From Edaphobacter aggregans (lineage in GTDB: Bacteria; Acidobacteriota; Terriglobia; Terriglobales; Acidobacteriaceae): 32,000 nt of DNA. Made by a program: the position numbers and the translations under genes. The DNA lies in NCBI RefSeq assembly GCF_003945235.1, contig NZ_RSDW01000001.1:5040001-5072000 (forward strand). The letters run 5' to 3'. Under the pieces are notes generated by a model. It was given only the letters and a program-made list of their open reading frames with translations. It made no database searches and was not told the DNA's origin. Shown piece by piece: positions 27,101 through 32,000 of this stretch; positions within the stretch are counted from its first letter, which is position 1; every line of letters starts with the position of its first letter.

Positions 27101-27238
27101 AAATTCCGGGGGCAAATTGGCCAGCTCATCCAGGAATTGCGGCCACGGATCACTGCCTTCATAGTTGTGAACCAGCGATGCTGGGGTGTGGACATGCAAA
27201 TCCCATTTACGCCAGATAGAGCCCTTTGGGTCGTTCAT
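24177..27238 (-). pseudogene. PHP-domain plus ABC/SMC-like ATPase (Ppl-like architecture), about 1020 aa if read through; one frameshift near 24884-24893
   Basis: N-terminal PHP motif WDLHVHTPAS. Walker A LVAIIGNKGKGKSALTD. A long coiled-coil middle. The C-terminal ORF carries the ABC signature LSPGERG, Walker B PLLIDQPEENLD and H-loop MVTHNPN. The 785-aa frame stops at TAG 24881-24883. The next frame is open from 24893 down to 24177. Confidence 0.8.
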
Positions 27239-27743
27239 TTAACCAGTCTTCCTGTTCCAAGGTTGCAATGTGCGGTTGTCCTGTCAAAGACTTACTTCAG
27301 GAGCAATCGGAATAATAGCGAACAAGCCTCCACTTTACGCCCGTAAAACATTTCGCGATATATGCGAGCGATAATGCACACACAGCAACGTCAGAGATCT
27401 CAGGCCAAGCGTTCTCATGGGACCAGACGATTCTATTACTTCACATGAAAAGTCGGAGTGTCTCCAAGGCGCGCGTTTTCCGCCGCGTGCGGCCAGATTC
27501 AGTCCCATCGTTTCAGGTCCGCACCCATTTCACCCATTCCAACCGGGAGAGAGGTCCCATGTTGTCATTACCTCTCGTCGATGTCCTAAAGAACCGGGGC
27601 ATCAGCGATCTCGATCGCTTTCTTGCCTCGCCCTCCAACGGACATTACGGACGTCAGACGTATGCTCATGCACATCCAGCGGCTCGTCACCATCAACCGG
27701 GAGCTGGTAGGCCTCTCCAAGGACTTCGAAAGGAGCACACCCA

Positions 27744-28466
27744 TTGCAGGCACAGATCAGTCTGAGTTCCACCAAGAGCTTCGAGCTGCGTGAGGCTCTC
27801 CTTATCTATCGCACTGACAGGGACTCGGAGCGAACAGGACCCTCCGCTTTCGTCACGAAACATAGCGTTGCGGTCGATCCTTCCGGGGTCCCGTCTCTTG
27901 GCGCCGGATCCCCGATCCAGGAAGGAGACCTCCTCACGCTCTGTGCGCAACTACGCAGTGCGCTTCCGATCGAGTTTCTTCCATCGAACGTGCTGGTCCG
28001 GTCGGAGGACTCCATTACGTGGTGGACGCCGGCATCCATGCGGCGGATGTTTTACGCGAAGGAAAAGAACACCGAAGTTGCGCAGCTGTCCGGAAAGAAG
28101 TTTCCTCAGCCGCCGTTGGTCTTTCGCGCGCACAAGCGTCATCTCGAAGTCCGTGCCCTCCTGCGGAACGAACGGCCGGATCTGCAGACTGCTCTCTATC
28201 GTGCGCCGTACTGGAATGTAAACGACTGCGGCGATGTATGTCTGGGAACGGCACGGGTACCTCCACAGGCGACTGTCGATTCGCTGCCGAGATGGGAGAG
28301 CGCGTTTTTTGAAAGCGAGTTCACTCATCCCAATTCTTCAAAGAGACTGACCGAACATCCGGGCGGCTTCGTCGGACTGTGGAGATCGCTCGCGGAAAAA
28401 AGACGATTTCCTGCACAGTTCCTTGTTGCCGACAACCAAACTCTTCATCAGTTCATCACCTCATAA
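27744..28466 (+). CDS. E2-like (UBC-fold) protein, PRTRC system protein B family
   Basis: AAGGAG lies 8 nt before TTG 27744. LYRAPYWNVNDCGDVCLGT resembles the E2 HPN-loop plus catalytic Cys. WESAFFESEFTH and GLWRSL also match my recollection of PRTRC protein B. Confidence 0.7.
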   Translation: MQAQISLSSTKSFELREALLIYRTDRDSERTGPSAFVTKHSVAVDPSGVPSLGAGSPIQEGDLLTLCAQLRSALPIEFLPSNVLVRSEDSITWWTPASMRRMFYAKEKNTEVAQLSGKKFPQPPLVFRAHKRHLEVRALLRNERPDLQTALYRAPYWNVNDCGDVCLGTARVPPQATVDSLPRWESAFFESEFTHPNSSKRLTEHPGGFVGLWRSLAEKRRFPAQFLVADNQTLHQFITS

Positions 28467-28510
28467 GCGCAGCGGACCATCGCGAGTCTTATTTGGCAGG
28501 AGGCTCGTCG

Positions 28511-29338
28511 ATGAGAATTGTCCACACGCTGTCGAACATAGATAGTCCATACCGACGCACGCTGCGCGTCTTACTTATTGGCTCGGGAGGAAACGGTAGC
28601 GCAGTCCTCTTTGGACTACCTTACCTGCACCGCGCGCTCGAGGCCTGGGGAAGGCCAGAAGGAATCGACGTCACGGTCATGGATGGCGATGCCGTGTCAC
28701 CTACCAACTGCGTCCGACAACCCTTCGGAGCCGCCGACGTGGGACATAACAAGGCCACGCTTCTGGTCAATCGAGTCAATCTCTTTCATGGGCTGGCGTG
28801 GCGCTCGGAGGAGTGCTTCTTCTCGAAGCAAAACCGAAACCCGGGTACGGGCTACGACAGCACCATCGATTTCGTCATCAGCTGCGTCGACACCCGAGCT
28901 GCGAGGCGTGAGATACATGAAGCCTTCCAATCCCGCTCAGGCCCCTGGCGCCATATACGCTATTGGCTCGACATCGGAAATAACGCAAGCAACGGGCAGT
29001 TTGTCCTGGGCCAGCCTTTGAATGACATCAACCACCAGAGCCGAACTCGGTTGCGAACCGTGACCGAACTATTTCCATCGATCATGGATACCTCGCAAGG
29101 CGAAGGACCGCTGCCAAGCTGCTCCGCAGCCGAGGCGCTCGAGCGTCAGGAACCGTTCCTCAACAGCGTATTGGCTGCCAGTGCTTTGGCCATGCTCACC
29201 CGGCTCCTTCGCTACGGCAGCCTCGACCATCATGGGGCGTTCTACAACGCCGAAAAGGCGCGTACAGTCCCAATTCCGATTGATCCCGAAGTATGGGAGA
29301 AACAGGCCAGATGGCGCCGCGCAGCGAAGGCCGCCTAG
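28511..29338 (+). CDS. E1-like adenylyltransferase, ThiF family (PRTRC-type)
   Basis: AGGAGG at 28498-28503 precedes ATG 28511. Rossmann loop LLIGSGGNGSAV, then MDGDAVSPTNCVRQ, GHNKA and ISCVDTRAAR. The adenylation-site motifs are all present. Confidence 0.85.
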   Translation: MRIVHTLSNIDSPYRRTLRVLLIGSGGNGSAVLFGLPYLHRALEAWGRPEGIDVTVMDGDAVSPTNCVRQPFGAADVGHNKATLLVNRVNLFHGLAWRSEECFFSKQNRNPGTGYDSTIDFVISCVDTRAARREIHEAFQSRSGPWRHIRYWLDIGNNASNGQFVLGQPLNDINHQSRTRLRTVTELFPSIMDTSQGEGPLPSCSAAEALERQEPFLNSVLAASALAMLTRLLRYGSLDHHGAFYNAEKARTVPIPIDPEVWEKQARWRRAAKAA

Positions 29339-29595
29339 AACATCGTTCAACACATCTTTACGACGAGGCTTTCTCCATTCCGGGAAAGCCATTTCTTTTG
29401 GATCGGAGATCTCATGTACCTGGAAACTCTCTTTGTTACCTGTGTGGCGGTGGTCTATATGGAGCTGCCCTGTCCCGAATGGCAGGACGAAAGGCCGCTA
29501 CTTTGCTTACGATCGCTTCGGTGTGCGGGATCTGCTGGCTGCTGGCCATTTTCATAGCGGAGGCAGTCTGATGATCTATGACGAGAAAGAAGTGA

Positions 29596-30390
29596 TCAAT
29601 TCGTATATGCGAGCATCTCGGGTCCATTGTTGCGCCAGTTTCCCACGGCTGGGTTGGCCGGGACCATCTTCATCTCGTCAGAGTCGAGCGGATGGAGGAG
29701 ATCCAGTGGAAGGCGCGGATCCTCTTTGTCGTCGGAGGTAAGCCAGCGGTCGTAGTCCCGCGGTTTGAGAATCAGTGCAAGGCGGTCGTGAATGGTACTG
29801 ACGAGTTCGTTCGGCTCGGTAGTGACAATGGCAAACGATTCAAGGTATTTGCCGTCGGGCTGCTTCCAGTAGTCCCACAGACCAGCGAAGGCGAACGGCA
29901 TTGCTGCTGGATCGGCAAGAGTGATATTGAAGACGCGCTTCACCGGCTTTGCAGCTTTGGTAGGTTTGACAGGACCGCCGAAAAGATCGCCCGTGGCGTT
30001 TGGTTCATCAATAGGTTCGGGCGTGAAGGTAGGGGATATAGCGTGGCCGGGCTTAGGCCATTCATAAAGGCCATCAGCCGGGACGAGGCAGCGCCGTCGC
30101 TTGAAGGGTTCGCGCCAAGTCGGTCGTTCCAGAAGAGTCGCAGCGCGGGCGAGGATCGTGGAAAGATCTTTAAACTCTTCGGGGCTTTTCGCAAAGAAGG
30201 GAATGAGCCCCCATCGCATCAGTGTGAGTTCCCGATCGCCGGTGTCGCGATTGTGGCGGATGACAGGCTGATGCGTCGTCGGGGCGACGTTGTAATCCCA
30301 CGGAGGTAAGATAACGTCATCGTCATGCGCGATGTGGAATGCCTCAGCGATCTTCTGTTTGTCAGAGCGTCGGTAGTAGCGGCCACACAT
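29596..30390 (-). CDS. SOS-response-associated peptidase (SRAP; YedK/HMCES family), intact
   Basis: MCGRY with catalytic Cys2, MRWGLIPFF, RRCLVPADGLYEW and IHDRLALIL. It has an extra Pro/Lys-rich insert of about 40 aa after YEW. Confidence 0.9.
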   Translation of the reverse strand: MCGRYYRRSDKQKIAEAFHIAHDDDVILPPWDYNVAPTTHQPVIRHNRDTGDRELTLMRWGLIPFFAKSPEEFKDLSTILARAATLLERPTWREPFKRRRCLVPADGLYEWPKPGHAISPTFTPEPIDEPNATGDLFGGPVKPTKAAKPVKRVFNITLADPAAMPFAFAGLWDYWKQPDGKYLESFAIVTTEPNELVSTIHDRLALILKPRDYDRWLTSDDKEDPRLPLDLLHPLDSDEMKMVPANPAVGNWRNNGPEMLAYTN

Positions 30391-30552
30391 GATTATTCGC
30401 TGGAATCCGTCTGTAGAATCTGCAGCCTCTGAGCCTCGTTTTGATTCACATCGATGCAGCAGAACGAGCCGCCATCGATCGCGGTTAGCGCGGCTCTCGA
30501 TCCGTATCGGGTTGCAGGTTCACCTGAAATGTTGGCACGCAACCCTGAGGAT

Positions 30553-30723
30553 CGGTCACGAGGCGGCCTCCTTGACTCGCACGAGAATCTCCCATTTTGC
30601 TCCTTCATATTCAACTTCGAATGTCGCGGGCATAGTGTTCGACCCCCACACCAATCCTACCAATTGTTTTGCAAGAGTTAGCTTCGAGTCCGAAGTATCG
30701 AAGTCTTCAGGGTTCGCAGCCAT
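30553..30723 (-). CDS. Small hypothetical protein (56 aa), not in the ORF track
   Basis: GGAGG lies 9 nt before ATG 30723. The product is MAANPEDFDTSDSKLTLAKQLVGLVWGSNTMPATFEVEYEGAKWEILVRVKEAAS. It sits between the 178-aa gene and SRAP on the same strand. Confidence 0.4.
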
Positions 30724-30850
30724 GGCTGTACGTACCTCCTATAGAGTTTCGGACAGACGTAGAGCCAAGATTTATTTTGGCCAGTCACTCCTTCGCCTTC
30801 GCCTGCATGATCGTTTTCGATGCGAATTTGGCGCGAATAGCTGTACCGAG

Positions 30851-31387
30851 CTAGTTCTCCAGCAAGCCTTCGATGGTCTCAACTGCGGCGCGCCATCTCT
30901 TTTCGGTGTCGTTGCAGAGTTGATCCAGTTCATCGAGCGCGTCCTGCTCGATGCCTTTGCTCTTCAGGTATTTTTTGAGGATTGCGATGTCACGGCTGAA
31001 TTGGTCGATGCTGCTTTGTTGTGCGGTGGCAATCCGCTCTCGGACCTCTTCCAGATTGATTGCCGGCTTCGCTCGTTTGCTCGATCGGCTCGGTTCCTTC
31101 GGCGCATCGACGTATCGCAGATCATCAACCGGCACGCGGAACCGCTCGATATTCGTGCCGGGAAGCTGGAGATCGACGTCTTTTTCGCTGACACGGGTGA
31201 TGGTGAAGACGGTCCCGGAGCTGCCTGTTGTCACTCGCTCACCGAGGGATGGGACTCTGGCATTGGCATGTTCCGCAGTAGTCTTATTTGGTTTCTCGGT
31301 AAGGGCTTCAGCGACCTGCTCTTCAACACTAACCGTGGACTGCGTCGGAGCCTTTTTTCGAGGCTGTTTCGTTTTCCTGGTCGCCAT
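30851..31387 (-). CDS. Hypothetical 178-aa protein (basic N-terminus, helical C-terminus)
   Basis: Clean ORF, same strand as SRAP. A paralogous remnant of its last 14 codons exists at 857-898. Confidence 0.55.
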   Translation of the reverse strand: MATRKTKQPRKKAPTQSTVSVEEQVAEALTEKPNKTTAEHANARVPSLGERVTTGSSGTVFTITRVSEKDVDLQLPGTNIERFRVPVDDLRYVDAPKEPSRSSKRAKPAINLEEVRERIATAQQSSIDQFSRDIAILKKYLKSKGIEQDALDELDQLCNDTEKRWRAAVETIEGLLEN

Positions 31388-31390
31388 GAT

Positions 31391-31672
31391 CTATTCGCCG
31401 CGATGCGGAGTGTGAAGCAAGCGAAGCTGCTCCTCGGTGTATTCGCCCGGCACATCGACCTCAATGTTGGTGCGGAGGATGCGGTCGTATTCGATGGCTT
31501 TGGCCCTGCCGACGAGTTTACCCAGAGAATCCGGAAGCTGGCCAATGTTTGTTTCAGACCAGCGCCCAACTTCGACGCCGTCGAGAAATACATGGAAGTG
31601 AATGTATTCCATGTGGCCCTTGAAGTCGCCTTCGGTGAGTAAGAATGGCCTGATCTGAACGCGATACCCCAT
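31391..31672 (-). CDS. Hypothetical 93-aa protein
   Basis: The ORF ends 3 nt before the 178-aa gene start, which suggests an operon. Confidence 0.5.
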   Translation of the reverse strand: MGYRVQIRPFLLTEGDFKGHMEYIHFHVFLDGVEVGRWSETNIGQLPDSLGKLVGRAKAIEYDRILRTNIEVDVPGEYTEEQLRLLHTPHRGE

Positions 31673-32000
31673 CGATCAATGGTAGCAGCGAGGAGGCCGG
31701 ATGAAGGTACTTCTTCACTTTGGCGTATTGTTCGGTACTCAGGATCAACCATCGGTCGCAATTCACGTGTCCGAGATGCCGGTTATTCGTCCAAGTGAAT
31801 CCAACCGCATTCGTAAACACTAGCCGACATATCGGGAGTAATCGTAGGCAGAACTTAGAACGAGCAGAAAACAAGATAGATATTAGGGCTTTTCGCTCTG
31901 CTCCATTTGTTTACTGCAAGATTCTGTCTGCAATCAATTTTGCTGCCCGTGGATGAGAATGCCGCCGACAAAACAGACGAGGCAGGCAGCATAACGAAAA

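Noticed and set aside
27790-28328. Cluster of overlapping ORFs (143, 125, 97, 83 and 77 aa) on both strands inside the E2-like gene
   Set aside because: Only the 27744-28466 frame has an SD, a recognisable family motif and non-biased composition.
29293-29595. Small ORFs downstream of the E1 gene (a 57-aa ORF from 29414, and a 30-aa hydrophobic MAGRKAATLLTIASVCGICWLLAIFIAEAV) as candidate Ubl or toxin
   Set aside because: They have no SD, no beta-grasp-like sequence and no C-terminal Gly, and they overlap each other in different frames. I cannot support them.
634-30431. Interpreting everything between the two SRAP-module repeats as one integrative element
   Set aside because: No integrase or conjugation genes are present. 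The interval also contains core-type genes (hrpB, dnaE2) and blocks of clearly different base composition. Multiple nested or successive events are more likely than one island.
30405-30431. Possible LexA/SOS box (ctgtagaatctgcag) upstream of SRAP
   Set aside because: It does not fit CTGT-N8-ACAG (the right arm is cagc). The CTGT is not conserved in the paralogous left copy (ccgtagaatttgcag). The lineage-specific LexA motif is unknown to me.
30389-31642. 417-aa plus-strand ORF, the longest ORF at the right end
   Set aside because: It runs antisense across three well-formed minus-strand genes (56, 178 and 93 aa). Its composition is Arg/Ser/Leu-rich and low in complexity, and it has no motif. 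It is a typical shadow ORF of GC-rich DNA.
31554-31874. 106-aa minus-strand ORF overlapping the start of the 93-aa gene
   Set aside because: It overlaps the better-supported 93-aa ORF by about 120 nt in another frame. Its upstream part (VGFTWTNNRHLGHVNCDRWLILSTEQYAKVKKYL) may be a real small or frameshifted gene, but I cannot define its boundaries.
1-32000. Search by eye for CRISPR arrays, IS elements or transposases, integrases or recombinases, reverse transcriptases, rRNA and tRNA
   Set aside because: I saw no regularly spaced repeats, terminal inverted repeats flanking a transposase-like ORF, tyrosine- or serine-recombinase motifs, or RT YxDD motifs in any frame. This negative result comes from manual reading only.

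Overview
This window is a mosaic accessory region of a moderately GC-rich bacterial chromosome, and many of its genes are broken. A remnant ending in the FtsX/MacB-type motif AGFIPARREASIDPMQALR hints at Acidobacteriota, by inference only. I found no rRNA, tRNA, CRISPR array, IS element, transposase or integrase. From left to right: (1) A partial AraC-family regulator. (2) A roughly 250-bp degenerate copy of the SRAP gene module that sits intact at the right end. (3) Plasmid/ICE-like cargo: an Arch_ATPase-type ATPase with an in-frame TAG, a DUF932 protein and a PLD/Nuc nuclease whose lipoprotein leader is out of frame at a T6 run. (4) A visibly more A+T-rich block (about 4.7-15 kb). It holds a tailoring-type cluster (PhyH-like oxygenase, two glycosyltransferase-like genes, an Asp/Asn beta-hydroxylase-like cupin, a phosphoribosyltransferase fused to a beta-propeller) and then five exported proteins including a DsbA-like oxidoreductase. 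(5) A scrambled patch of pseudogene pieces: a SIR2-like gene, SRAP fragments and an ABC permease remnant. One roughly 365-bp inversion would explain two of the breaks. (6) Eroded core-type genes: hrpB with an internal deletion, and the 3' half of dnaE2 fused in frame to a DUF4238 N-terminus. (7) A defence-island-like stretch: a leaderless trypsin-like protease with a small membrane protein, an HNH protein, a vsr remnant and a frameshifted PHP-ABC ATPase of about 1020 aa. (8) An apparently intact E2-like (PRTRC protein B) and E1-like (ThiF) pair with no visible Ubl or JAB partner. (9) An intact SRAP gene with three small upstream genes. All functional calls rest on motifs read by eye from the translations. 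No database search was possible.
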